DNA of 64,000 bases from Anaerolineales bacterium (GCA_034430615.1 DAOUEJ010000204.1:2903-66902); one strand, 5' to 3'; numbered from the stretch's first letter, positions 19,254 through 28,862 are shown. Numbers and translations: made by a program. Notes: generated by a model from the sequence alone, not told the origin.

Positions 19254-22200
19254 ATGAGTGAATCTTTACCGCCTACCGCATCGAACCGCCGGCTTTTCTC
19301 AACTCCCAACCTGGCGGTCATGGTCCTGCTTCTCATCGTAGCCCTAGGGCTACTCACGCGCATGGTCGACCTTGGCGCGCGCGTGATGAGCCATGACGAG
19401 ATCAACCATGTGTATTGGGCCTGGATGTTCTCTGAGAACGGCTCGTATATTGCCGACCCTCTCTCGCACGGGCCATTCCAGTTCCACATGCTGGCTTTGA
19501 GCTACCTGATCTTCGGCGATTCTGATTTCTCTGCGCGCTTCCCGGCTGCGTTGACCGGGGTCGCCGTGCTGGGGATTCTGTGGCTTTTCCGGCGCTGGTT
19601 GGGCCGGACAGGAACCCTGGCAGCAGCGGCAATGATCCTGATCAGCCCCTACATGCTTTACTACTCGCGCTACGCCCGGAATGAGATCTTCGTCGTGGCC
19701 GAAGTGCTGCTCACCGTGTGGGCCGTTTTCCGATACCTGGAAACCCGTCGCCCGGGGATGCTCTACGCGCTGGCCGGCCTGCTCGCGCTGCATGCGGCCA
19801 CGAAGGAGACCTATTTCCTTTTCACCGCCCCGCTCCTGATCATGCTCGGTTTACACCTGTGTATCGAGCTCTTCCAGCTGGCCTGGAAGAAGGAGCAGAT
19901 GAAGTCGGTCTTTGCCGTTGGCCTTGGCTTGACCGTGCTTGGATTCGGGACAGCACTGGGGAGTTTCCTACGCGATCGCACCCAGGCCGGCGAGGCTGCC
20001 GTCCCGATGGCTTCGTCGTTGGTCTTCATTGGCGTTGCGTTTGGCCTGATTGGGGCGGTCATGCTGCTCGTTGCGCTTATCCGCAATTTCGGGCGTGAAC
20101 TCCAGACCCGCTTCCCCACCCTTGATTTAATCGTCGTGATCGCCACCCTCACACTGCCTCAGCTCACTGCCTTACCCGCACAGGCCATGGGCTGGGATCC
20201 GCTTGATACGGCCGATCCCTTTAGCTACGGACGCACAGTCACGCTCTTACTCGTACTCAGCGCGATCGCGATCGCGCTCGGGGTGGCATGGGGCCGGCGT
20301 AAATGGTTGATATCAGCCGCCATATTCTGCCTGATCTTCATCCCGCTCTACACGACCTTCTTCACCAACCCCTATGGGATTTTTACCGGTTTCGTGCGCT
20401 CGCTTGGGTACTGGCTCGTCCAGCAAGGCGTGGAGCGTGGTTCCCAACCCTGGTATTACTACCTGCTGCTACAGATCCCGCTCTACGAATTCCTGGCTGC
20501 GCTCGGCGCAGCAGCTGCAGTGATCCTGGTCGTCATACGGCCTCCCTGGTCAAGGGGGCGTGCAGGGAACCGCCTGCAGCACTCCGATGAAGGTGAGGGC
20601 CTGGATGTGCAGCAGTTGTTTGTGTTGTTCCTCATCTTCTGGGCGATCAGCGCGCTCTTTATCTACACCTTTGCTGGCGAACGCATGCCGTGGCTCACGG
20701 TTCACATTGTTCTGCCGCTGATTCTGCTCAGCGGTTGGGCGTTCGACCAGTTCTTCGGCGGCCGCTCGCTGGCTGAAATCTGGAGTTGGAGGGCGGCTGC
20801 GGTAGTGCTCTTGACGGTGCTTACCGCACTCGGGATTGCCGCCACACTGAGCAACCTTTTTGGCTGGGGCCTGGCCGGGAATTCAGCCGCCCGGCGCTTC
20901 ACGGGTGCCATCATCCCGGCTGGCATTGCCGGCCTCGGGATCTGGCTTGGTTTGCAGCTACTGAAACGTGACTCCCAATCGCGCGTGCTGCGCCTGGGTG
21001 CCCTCACCCTGATTGCTCTTCTGGCCATCCAGACCGCACGCACCGCGCTGCGGGCAGCTTTCACCAACGCCGACAGCACTAAGGAATTTCTTGTCTACGC
21101 GCACGCCGCGCCAGGACCGGCAATCGCACTGCAGGAGATCGAACGCCTCTCCTATAATCTGACCGGCGGCATTGACCTGCCGGTGGCATACGATAATGAT
21201 GCTGCCTACCCCTACTGGTGGTACTTCCGGGACTACCCCCAGGCGTATTCGTTCGGAGTTTCACCAAGCCGTGAGCTCCTGCGCTACCCGATCGTCATCG
21301 CCGGCGAAGCCAACTACGCCCGGGTTGAAGCCTATCTTGGCGACCGATATCAATCTGTCGAGTACGAACGCTTATGGTGGCCGATCGAAGATTATGTCGG
21401 GTTGACCTGGGAGCGGGTGCGAAGCGCGCTGAGTTCCCCGGAGATGCGGCGCGCGCTCTGGGAGCTGTGGTTCAACCGCAACTACAAGCCCTACGAGCAG
21501 GTGACTGGGCGCGATCTTTCGCCCAGGGGTTGGTCTCCCGCCAGCCGGATGCGGGTGTACGTGCGCGAGGATCTCGCCGCCGGCTATCCGGGCGGGACCT
21601 ATACCGGTGAACTTTCAAATAACATCGCTTTCAGCGATGCGTATGCGGATGGCACGCTCACGCTGCAGCCAGTGCGGATCCTCGGCGGACCTGGCCAAGC
21701 CCCGGGGAGTTTCCAGGCGCCGCGTCAGATTGCCTTCACCCAGGAAGGTAACCTGCTCATTGCCGACTCGGAAAACAACCGCATCCAGGAGATCTCACCC
21801 GACGGCACGCTGATCCGCGTCTGGGGTGAGTACGCGGATGTGGGTGTGGAGGCCGCCCCGGGTGGGACTTTCAACCAGCCTTGGGGGATCGCCTCCGGAG
21901 AGGCAGGGATCTTCGTCGCCGATACCTGGAACCACCGAATTCAACGCTTCGATGGCCAAGGTGCGTTCCTGGGAAGTTTCGGTGTGTTTGGAACGGACGG
22001 GGGTGAGATGAGCTTCTACGGCCCGCGCTCGCTCGCACTTGACGGGGACGGTCGGATCTTCGCCGTCGATACCGGAAACAAGCGCGTGCTGGTCTTTGAC
22101 ACACAGGGGACACCCGTTGCCCAATTCGGCGGCGGTGGCGTTGAGAGCGGACGACTCGACGAGCCGGTAGGTATCGCAGTAGGGCTGCAAGGTCGTATCT

Positions 22201-22538
22201 ACATCGCCGACACCTGGAACCAGCGTGTGCAGGTATTTCACGAACGCGGAACCGGGTTTTTTGAGGTCGAGAGTGAATGGCCGGTGGAAGCGTGGTACGG
22301 CCAATCGATCGAGAACAAACCCTACATCGCCGTCAGCCCGGATGGCCAGGTTTGTATCAGTGACCCAGAAGGCGCCCGCGTGTTGTGCTTTGACCAGGTG
22401 GGGCAATTCCTGCACGGGATCGTAAGCCCGGGCATAGCGCGCCCTAGCGGAGTTGCATTCGACTCATCCTGTCAGCTCTGGGTGGCCGATGCCGAGACGG
22501 ATCAGATTCTCGGGTTCGATCTCGGGGGCTGTCATTGA
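19254..22538 (+). CDS. GT-C fold membrane glycosyltransferase (PMT/ArnT-like, TIGR03663-like) fused to a C-terminal six-bladed NHL beta-propeller
   Basis: Start moved to ATG 19254 (aagaggag RBS). MSHDEINH loop after TM1 and more than 12 predicted TMs. C-terminal 330 aa carries six NHL-like units (NNRIQEISPDG, WNHRIQRFDGQG, GNKRVLVFDTQG, WNQRVQVFHERG, EGARVLCFDQVG, ETDQILGFD). Confidence 0.75.
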   Translation: MSESLPPTASNRRLFSTPNLAVMVLLLIVALGLLTRMVDLGARVMSHDEINHVYWAWMFSENGSYIADPLSHGPFQFHMLALSYLIFGDSDFSARFPAALTGVAVLGILWLFRRWLGRTGTLAAAAMILISPYMLYYSRYARNEIFVVAEVLLTVWAVFRYLETRRPGMLYALAGLLALHAATKETYFLFTAPLLIMLGLHLCIELFQLAWKKEQMKSVFAVGLGLTVLGFGTALGSFLRDRTQAGEAAVPMASSLVFIGVAFGLIGAVMLLVALIRNFGRELQTRFPTLDLIVVIATLTLPQLTALPAQAMGWDPLDTADPFSYGRTVTLLLVLSAIAIALGVAWGRRKWLISAAIFCLIFIPLYTTFFTNPYGIFTGFVRSLGYWLVQQGVERGSQPWYYYLLLQIPLYEFLAALGAAAAVILVVIRPPWSRGRAGNRLQHSDEGEGLDVQQLFVLFLIFWAISALFIYTFAGERMPWLTVHIVLPLILLSGWAFDQFFGGRSLAEIWSWRAAAVVLLTVLTALGIAATLSNLFGWGLAGNSAARRFTGAIIPAGIAGLGIWLGLQLLKRDSQSRVLRLGALTLIALLAIQTARTALRAAFTNADSTKEFLVYAHAAPGPAIALQEIERLSYNLTGGIDLPVAYDNDAAYPYWWYFRDYPQAYSFGVSPSRELLRYPIVIAGEANYARVEAYLGDRYQSVEYERLWWPIEDYVGLTWERVRSALSSPEMRRALWELWFNRNYKPYEQVTGRDLSPRGWSPASRMRVYVREDLAAGYPGGTYTGELSNNIAFSDAYADGTLTLQPVRILGGPGQAPGSFQAPRQIAFTQEGNLLIADSENNRIQEISPDGTLIRVWGEYADVGVEAAPGGTFNQPWGIASGEAGIFVADTWNHRIQRFDGQGAFLGSFGVFGTDGGEMSFYGPRSLALDGDGRIFAVDTGNKRVLVFDTQGTPVAQFGGGGVESGRLDEPVGIAVGLQGRIYIADTWNQRVQVFHERGTGFFEVESEWPVEAWYGQSIENKPYIAVSPDGQVCISDPEGARVLCFDQVGQFLHGIVSPGIARPSGVAFDSSCQLWVADAETDQILGFDLGGCH

Positions 22539-22565
22539 TCTGAGTGCCGCGTACCACCTTGAAGG

Positions 22566-23510
22566 TTGCTGATGCCCTCGAAAACCAAAAACCGCGGAAC
22601 CCGACGTCCACGGCCTGAGGACGCTCAACGCGTCCTGGATTTCATCCGTGCCTGCGACGTCGCTGATTATGGTGAGCATGACACCGATCTGCAAGACCTG
22701 CTCTATGATTGGAAGCAGGCTGACCTCGCCCATGACGCTTCGCTTATAGAGGATTCCACCGGCGAGCTCATCGCCTACGCCGCCTTGATCCCACATGCCG
22801 ATATCCTGCGCCTCGATCTGTACCTCGACCCGCAGGGGCGCGCCGACAACTTGATGGCCAGCCTGCTGGCGGACCTGGAAAGACGCACTCTAGAGCGATT
22901 GGAAACAGATCCGCCTGCCAAACGCGGTTTTCTCATGACCCACCTGGCGCATAGCAACGCTCGTGATCGCGCCTTTTTCGAGGATGCCGGCTACAGGCCG
23001 GTCAGGTATTACTTCCAGATGCGCCACATCCAGGATGGACTATCCTTGCCGATCGAATGGCCAGAGGGGATCAAGGTGCGTTCGTTCAACCCGGGGGAGG
23101 ACGATCAAGCTGTTTACCAATTCGTCCAGGAAGCCTTTCGCCGACCTGATCGAGAACCTCCCACACTGAATGCCTGGCGGGAGTTCATGATGCGTCCTGA
23201 TGATTTTCACCCTGAGTTGTGGAAGCTCGCCTTCTCAGACGAGTTGTTGGTGGGGACCTGTCTTTCATTCGACTACTCCGAGGAAGGCTGGGTTCGCCAA
23301 CTCGCCGTGGCAAAAGAGCTTCGTCGGCATGGCCTTGGATCGGCGCTCCTCAGTGATGCATTTTCTATGTTCTATATCAGGGGTCAGCCGCGAGTGGCGC
23401 TCTCTGTCGCCTCCGATAACCCGAATGCGATCAACTTTTACCAGCGACTGGGGATGACGCTTGTCCGGCAATATGATGAATACATCAAACCTTATGACGA
23501 TTTCTCGTAA
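22566..23510 (+). CDS. GNAT family N-acetyltransferase (two-lobed, mycothiol-synthase-like size)
   Basis: Acetyl-CoA motif A QLAVAKELRRHGLGSALL. 314 aa; the true start may be ATG 22572. Confidence 0.7.
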   Translation: MLMPSKTKNRGTRRPRPEDAQRVLDFIRACDVADYGEHDTDLQDLLYDWKQADLAHDASLIEDSTGELIAYAALIPHADILRLDLYLDPQGRADNLMASLLADLERRTLERLETDPPAKRGFLMTHLAHSNARDRAFFEDAGYRPVRYYFQMRHIQDGLSLPIEWPEGIKVRSFNPGEDDQAVYQFVQEAFRRPDREPPTLNAWREFMMRPDDFHPELWKLAFSDELLVGTCLSFDYSEEGWVRQLAVAKELRRHGLGSALLSDAFSMFYIRGQPRVALSVASDNPNAINFYQRLGMTLVRQYDEYIKPYDDFS

Positions 23511-23536
23511 TTTGACCGCAAACAAACCGGGAGCAG

Positions 23537-24250
23537 GTGAACGCCATGCCCGGGGGAGAGGTTAAGATGGAGAACAAGATGCTCGCTCTGCGCAGAAAAC
23601 GATCGCTTGGGATCGTCACTTGTGCCATCCTTGTGGCGGGCAGCGCCTGCATCATCTCCATCCCAACCAATCCGGATCGAGACGGTTCGGTCAACGCGAA
23701 TCCAATCCCTACCAAACCAGACCCCGCCAGAAGCCTGGAGCGCCATATCGCAGTACAAGCAACTCAAGTCGCAGCGCTTGCGGCCGAGGTCCGAGGTCTG
23801 CAGGAACAGGTGCAGGCACAGGCCACGTTCATACATTACCTGGCTACCCGAGGACCGGCTCTCCCCCCACGCAACGACCGGGCAATCACCCCGACGCCAT
23901 ACCATCCACTCACAGGAACGATCGAGATTGATGGTGGACTCTGCTGTGTGGGTGGCATCGCGGGAGATACCACGACAATCGAGGTCGCGTTCAGCGCCCA
24001 GAGCCCATTTGCCGAGATCTCGGCGATGCGGGTGCACGCCGGTGGGAGCCCGCTCGCACCAGTGGAATTCGACCAGATCGCATGGCAGCCTTACCTCCCA
24101 GGTGTGTCATTCGAAGTTCCCCTCACCATCAACTGGGTTGGGTTCTATGTCCAGGTGCAGTTTCGTGATGCACTTGGCAACCTCTCACCTATCTACGTGG
24201 ATGACATCTCGGTCGAGGGCATGCCTTCGCTGACGCCAACCACGCCATAG
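23537..24250 (+). CDS. Hypothetical secreted/lipoprotein
   Basis: Signal/lipobox-like IVTCAILVAGSAC, coiled stretch QATQVAALAAEVRGLQEQVQAQ. The start is probably the internal MENKM. No recognisable family. Confidence 0.45.
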   Translation: MNAMPGGEVKMENKMLALRRKRSLGIVTCAILVAGSACIISIPTNPDRDGSVNANPIPTKPDPARSLERHIAVQATQVAALAAEVRGLQEQVQAQATFIHYLATRGPALPPRNDRAITPTPYHPLTGTIEIDGGLCCVGGIAGDTTTIEVAFSAQSPFAEISAMRVHAGGSPLAPVEFDQIAWQPYLPGVSFEVPLTINWVGFYVQVQFRDALGNLSPIYVDDISVEGMPSLTPTTP

Positions 24251-24617
24251 TCTCATGTGAACTGGCGCCCGATAAGCCTTACGGGTGATGGAACCGGACG
24301 AGCTCCCCCATCTTACGATCCAAGCGATGTGCGCGTCACATGGTCTTGCGGCCAGGATGAGCGCTGAATTCCAATTCTACATCCCACCAAATCCCCAAGA
24401 ATAAGGATGCATTCTCCCCCTCCCCTAGATTAAACTGGCGCTCTTACATAGCCTGGTTATCGCGCTCCTTGATTACCTGCCCGACCAAACCTGGTCATTC
24501 TTCCAGCTCAACTGGCGGAACGCACGTGTATTTCCAACGATCGCGCTGGCAATGGTCGGGGGGATCATTCTGATCTCGCTCTACAAGCGAAGAGCACATA
24601 TCTGAGATAGAGGGAAA

Positions 24618-24654
24618 TCTCCTAACCCCTGCTGAATTAACAGGGGTTAGGAGA
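24618..24654. terminator. Strong hairpin between convergent units, probable terminator of the XRE operon
   Basis: 14-bp perfect stem tctcctaacccctg / caggggttaggaga with a 9-nt loop. On the minus strand it is followed by TTTCCCTC, 34 nt after the XRE gene stop. Confidence 0.65.
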
Positions 24655-24687
24655 GAGCAAAGCTCGAATCCCAGATCAAAATCAATC

Positions 24688-24900
24688 TCAGTCAGAGATG
24701 CTGCGATCATCTCCAGGATCAAAGATATCCTCAATCGTCTGTCCGAAGATATTTGCCAGCTTGAAGGCAAGCGGCAGGCTGGGGTCGTATTTACCGGTTT
24801 CCACTGCGTTGATCGTCTGGCGCGAGACACCGGCGCGGTCAGCCAGATCTGCCTGAGACCAATCCCGCTCTGCACGTAGGATTTTGAGCCTGTTCTTCAT
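24688..24900 (-). CDS. XRE-family helix-turn-helix transcriptional regulator (YozG-like, 70 aa)
   Basis: Trimmed to MKNRLKILRAERDWSQADLADRAGVSRQTINAVETGKYDPSLPLAFKLA. ATGA overlap with the upstream membrane gene. Confidence 0.85.
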   Translation of the reverse strand: MKNRLKILRAERDWSQADLADRAGVSRQTINAVETGKYDPSLPLAFKLANIFGQTIEDIFDPGDDRSISD

Positions 24901-25466
24901 CGATACTTCCAGAGGGTCCAGGCTTTCCCGATCCCCCAACTTAGGATCATTACCAACCCGACGAATAGCCAGTTAGGTTGCCCCAGGCCAATTTCATTCA
25001 GCAGTCCCACGCTGAATACGATCATTGCTGTCAGTCCAAATCCGATCGCAATTGCCTCGGTTTGGATCCGACGCTGCAATTCGTCCAGGCAAGCAATGGC
25101 CGTCCCAACTGCAAGCACTAAGAGCAGGAACGCGATCACCGGCGCAAGCGTGAATGCCAGCCGTAGCTCTGGTTTGATCACATCATCGATCCAGGTGGAC
25201 CACGCAAAGAGTGCCCCGAGAAACAAGAGCACGGTTATTATGACCTGTCGGGCGCGATGCGGCGGATACTGCATAAACTGGTCCCTGCGTTCGAACGCGG
25301 CACCAAGCGCCAGACCGATGATTAAACCAAAACCAAGCCCATCCAGTAAATCCCCCTGGATGAGACCAACGATCACACCCACTGCAAGCCCCATCATCAG
25401 GCCTCCGGCAAAATTCCAAGGCGCTCCCGGTTTCTCGCCTTTAATTTCCGATCTTGTGTTCATCAA
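24897..25466 (-). CDS. Small polytopic membrane protein (DUF2178-like partner of YozG-type regulators)
   Basis: 189 aa, 5-6 hydrophobic helices, translationally coupled to the XRE gene. Confidence 0.55.
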   Translation of the reverse strand: MMNTRSEIKGEKPGAPWNFAGGLMMGLAVGVIVGLIQGDLLDGLGFGLIIGLALGAAFERRDQFMQYPPHRARQVIITVLLFLGALFAWSTWIDDVIKPELRLAFTLAPVIAFLLLVLAVGTAIACLDELQRRIQTEAIAIGFGLTAMIVFSVGLLNEIGLGQPNWLFVGLVMILSWGIGKAWTLWKYR

Positions 25467-25496
25467 CCTCCTCCTGATGCTCTCAAAGTTAATGTG

Positions 25497-25548
25497 AGTG
25501 TAAATGATACTTTACCAATTGTCAAGTTTCCTTGACATTTTATTGGTA
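25497..25548 (-). promoter_or_regulatory. Sigma70-like promoter (TTGACA-N17-TACACT on the minus strand) embedded in a nested inverted repeat (candidate operator)
   Basis: Inner IR tgtcaag(25520-25526)/cttgaca(25531-25537) and outer IR taccaat(25513-25519)/attggta(25542-25548). The -35 hexamer is one arm of the inner IR. Lies 47-82 nt upstream of the membrane-protein/XRE operon. Confidence 0.5.
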
Positions 25549-25651
25549 ATCAATTACTCCGATGAGCTTGCCCACTCAGGCGAGCCAGACTTTTACCGGT
25601 TCGCCATTAAAGGTATGATTGCCGCATAAACTGGTGCAATAGGGGTCGGAC

Positions 25652-26431
25652 GTGGCAATTCTTCAGGTGATCACGAGCGATCGGGGCCGCGCCAAAGCGC
25701 TGACCGAAACGCTTGAGGGTATGGGACACAGGGTCCAGGCTGGACCGATGAACGAGCCCCTTCGCCAGCAGCTGCTCAAACATCCACCGCAGGTGATCAT
25801 CATCGATCTAGAACAGGCACCGGCGACCGGTCGGGATCTCGACCTATTCCTGCGTGTGCAAACGGTAACCCGTCGTATCCTACTTATTTATCTCGGCGGG
25901 GAAGCAGCCCGGGTCAAAGAGATAAAGCTATTGCTCCCCGACGCGATCTTTACTCATGACGATGACCTTATCCACGACCTGGAACTCGTATTGGTAAAAC
26001 CTCCCCGCGACCCGGTCGTCCCCAATTCGGTCTTCGCCGGCTATAGCGGTCGCCCGCTGCCTGCCAAGCTGGGGATCAAGCCCGACATGCGGGTTTCCCT
26101 CATCGATGCCCCGCCAGACTTCGAAAAGACGCTCACCCCGCTTCCCGCAGGTGTCAAACTTGACCACTACGGCTTGCGCACACCCCAACTCACAATCTGG
26201 TTCGTAACCAGCCAATCTAAACTCAAGCGGGATTTGCAGTCCAACCTGCGTCGCTGCAACGGTGGCAAACTCTGGATCGTTTGGCCTAAGAAGGGCTCCA
26301 AAATTCCGGGCGATCTCACCCAGAACATCGTCCGGCAGGCCGGCCTGGAGACCGGTTGGGTTGATTTTAAGGTGTGCGCTGTCGACGCAACCTGGTCCGG
26401 GTTGTGCTTCACCTTGCGCAAGAAAGGCTGA
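25652..26431 (+). CDS. Hypothetical protein: receiver-like N-terminal domain plus DUF3052-like C-terminal domain
   Basis: GTG start. The C-terminal KLWIVWPKKGSKIPGDLTQN...WVDFKVCAVDATWSG resembles DUF3052. The N-terminus has a CheY-like alternation pattern but no clear phospho-Asp. Confidence 0.45.
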   Translation: MAILQVITSDRGRAKALTETLEGMGHRVQAGPMNEPLRQQLLKHPPQVIIIDLEQAPATGRDLDLFLRVQTVTRRILLIYLGGEAARVKEIKLLLPDAIFTHDDDLIHDLELVLVKPPRDPVVPNSVFAGYSGRPLPAKLGIKPDMRVSLIDAPPDFEKTLTPLPAGVKLDHYGLRTPQLTIWFVTSQSKLKRDLQSNLRRCNGGKLWIVWPKKGSKIPGDLTQNIVRQAGLETGWVDFKVCAVDATWSGLCFTLRKKG

Positions 26432-26438
26432 GCAAACC

Positions 26439-27092
26439 ATGCGCAACCTGGATCTCGAGACCTGGTCCCGTCGTGAGACTTATGAACACTTCCGGCAGGT
26501 GGATTACCCCCATTTCCAACTTACGGCAACCGTCGATATCACGGATTTTCACGCAGCCCTCATCCAGCGCTCGGCTTCCTTCAGCGTCGGGGTCATTTAC
26601 TTGCTCGCACGGGCGGCGAACGAGAACGCATCATTCCGCTTACGCATACGAGGTGACCAGGTCGTTGAGCATGAACGTGTTCATCCCTCATTCACCGTAC
26701 TACTCGAGGATGAGCGTCTCAGTTTCTGCACGGTGACCTTCGATAGCGATTACCCAAGCTTCAGCCAGGCGGCACACGCACGCATCCAACAGGTTCGGGA
26801 TGATCCCCTGCTTCAGGACAAGCCCGGGCAGGATGACTTGCTATTCATGACCGGGATTCCCTGGGTTTCCTTCACCAGCATACTGCACCCGATCCACATG
26901 CATCCCCCCGATTCGGTGCCGCGCCTGGCATGGGGCCGCTTCTTCAAGGAACAAGACCGGCTCCGCATGCCGCTCTCCGTGCAAGTAAACCACGCTCTGA
27001 TGGACGGCTTGCACGTCGGGCGGTACTTCGAGCTTGTAGAATCTCTGCTGATGGATCCGCAGGGCTTGCTCTCGACTCAAGACGCGGCGTAA
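26439..27092 (+). CDS. cat: Chloramphenicol O-acetyltransferase (type A CAT family)
   Basis: Trimmed to MRNLDLETWSRRETYEHF.... C-terminal catalytic region VNHALMDGLHVGRYF matches the CAT HHAxxDG signature region. 217 aa. Confidence 0.8.
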   Translation: MRNLDLETWSRRETYEHFRQVDYPHFQLTATVDITDFHAALIQRSASFSVGVIYLLARAANENASFRLRIRGDQVVEHERVHPSFTVLLEDERLSFCTVTFDSDYPSFSQAAHARIQQVRDDPLLQDKPGQDDLLFMTGIPWVSFTSILHPIHMHPPDSVPRLAWGRFFKEQDRLRMPLSVQVNHALMDGLHVGRYFELVESLLMDPQGLLSTQDAA

Positions 27093-27331
27093 CGCCCAAG
27101 CCCCCTTGAGAGCTGGCGCAGGTCGCGAGGCGATCTTCTTCTTGAGGTACTTGTGGATTTGACCCAGATGAGCTGACATTCTGGAAGAGGTAGGATCCAA
27201 CCCACTAATGTCATCCCGAGGCGTACTTTGCTGAGGGATACCCTTGAGAGCGGCGGAGCATAAACTGTACCCGAACAAGCCAGGCTGCAGTTGATACTCA
27301 GGGTTACAATTCCCGCAGGAGAGGATATCCA

Positions 27332-27931
27332 ATGAACCGTGTTGACTTTCCCGATGAGCCCTCCCGGATCCCATCCGGCCTTAAGACGGACCAATTCATA
27401 CTTCGGCCGCTGCGTGTGACCGACGTTGAGCTCGACTACGACGCCGTGATGTCCAGCCGGGCGATGTTGCGGGCATGGAGCCAGAGTGACTGGCCAGCAG
27501 AAATATTCACGCTTGAGGGCAACCTGGACGATCTCGAGCGCCACCAGCGTGAGCACGATGCTGGCAAAGCCTATACCTTCACCGTTATGAACCCAGAAGA
27601 AACACGCTCTCTGGGATGCGCATACATCAATCCTCTTCCGTTGGAACTTCAGGAGATCCAACTAAGCACTGACCTGGCAGATGCCAAACCCATGCAGGCT
27701 GCTTTTGCTCGCTTCTGGGTTCGCCGGTCTCTCCAGGAGGAAAAGCTTGATCTGCGACTTCTCAAGGAGCTCATGGCCTGGTTTCGTGACGAATGGCTCA
27801 TCGCCGCTCTGTTCTTCCGGGCCAGCCCGGTGGACAACCACCAGCAGTTCCTATTCACCTCGGCCGGACTCAATCGAATCCACCGGTTCGAGTCGCAGGA
27901 AAGTAATAGGACCTGGCTGGTATTCGGGTGA
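27332..27931 (+). CDS. GNAT-related acetyltransferase (RimJ/RimL-like)
   Basis: FILRPLRVTDVELDYDAV N-terminus typical of Acetyltransf_3-like proteins. 199 aa. Confidence 0.55.
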   Translation: MNRVDFPDEPSRIPSGLKTDQFILRPLRVTDVELDYDAVMSSRAMLRAWSQSDWPAEIFTLEGNLDDLERHQREHDAGKAYTFTVMNPEETRSLGCAYINPLPLELQEIQLSTDLADAKPMQAAFARFWVRRSLQEEKLDLRLLKELMAWFRDEWLIAALFFRASPVDNHQQFLFTSAGLNRIHRFESQESNRTWLVFG

Positions 27932-27987
27932 TGGATAGATCGAAGCTTTCCTTCCGAATTCACCCCGCTATGTGATTCCGCCCCCAT

Positions 27988-28146
27988 CGTGCCATTCCGA
28001 ACCCGCAGGGTGAGGAATCCCCATGATGCCTCAGGGCTATGATGGCTCAATAGGGATCGGGCGAAATGTTTCATCCTTTCGGCCCAAACCATCGCAATAA
28101 GCACTCTGGGGAACCCTCGTCGCCATGCTTCTCGGGAAGACATTAA
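27988..28146. repeat. MITE-like element, dispersed copy A (159 nt)
   Basis: 5' arm gccattccgaacccgcagggtgaggaatccccatgatg and inverted 3' arm ggggaaccctcgtcgccatgcttctcgggaagacattaa. Same family as 41455, 51841, 52015 and 52193. Confidence 0.75.
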
Positions 28147-28316
28147 GGGTAGACCGGGCAGAATCAGTCCACAATGGCATATCCCAAAACGTACACTCGC
28201 TAGTTGTGAGATATCATTAAACGGTCGTAGGTGACGGATCATTGGCGCTCGTATCACAACGTGGTTATTTACTCGAAGGATTTCTCTGCGCGTCGTTTCC
28301 GAACAGCTAGGATCGC

Positions 28317-28712
28317 GTGTTCACCTTAAAGGAGCAGGTCATACAGCTTGGAGCATTCTTAATCAGCCTGACGGTGAAAGATATCCATGCTTCGAAGGAT
28401 TTCTATCAAAAGTTAGGTTTTCAGGTATTTGGCGGAGATGAATCACAGAATTGGCTGATCATGAAGAATGGTGATCATGTCATCGGGCTCTTCCAGGGGA
28501 TGTTCGAGAGGAACACCCTCACCTTCAATCCTGGCTGGGATCGTGACGTACGCGAGCTTGACACATACACCGACATCCGTGAGCTGCAGCGCCATCTCAA
28601 GGAGCAGGGCGTGGAGCTCATCAGCGAGGTAGATGAGAGCAGTTCCGGAGCCGCAAGCTTTGCCTTGGTGAACCCGGATGGAAATCCTATTCTCTTTGAT
28701 CAGCACGTCTGA
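28317..28712 (+). CDS. VOC-family (glyoxalase/bleomycin-resistance/dioxygenase fold) protein
   Basis: 131 aa, GTG start. LTVKDIHASKDFYQKLGF and DPDGNPILFDQH are typical VOC beta-alpha-beta-beta-beta modules. Visibly AT-richer than neighbours. Confidence 0.8.
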   Translation: MFTLKEQVIQLGAFLISLTVKDIHASKDFYQKLGFQVFGGDESQNWLIMKNGDHVIGLFQGMFERNTLTFNPGWDRDVRELDTYTDIRELQRHLKEQGVELISEVDESSSGAASFALVNPDGNPILFDQHV

Positions 28713-28862
28713 GGCATCGTGCACGGCACCCAATACCAGCTTGCTGCAGTCCGGTTGCACGAACACGAGCAAGGACAGCTTTACCGGCAGGATTGGATAG
28801 AGTAGGCTGGTCCCAATCCTGGCAGCACAACCTGCCCTTGATACAAACTTCGGACGGATTAC

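Noticed and set aside
24430-24603. Start-less + strand ORF encoding a membrane-like tail (LALLHSLVIALLDYLPDQTWSFFQLNWRNARVFPTIALAMVGGIILISLYKRRAHI) just before the 24618 hairpin.
   Set aside because: There is no ATG/GTG/TTG near its 5' end and an in-frame TAG lies immediately upstream. It could be a remnant or use a rare start; the evidence is insufficient to call it.
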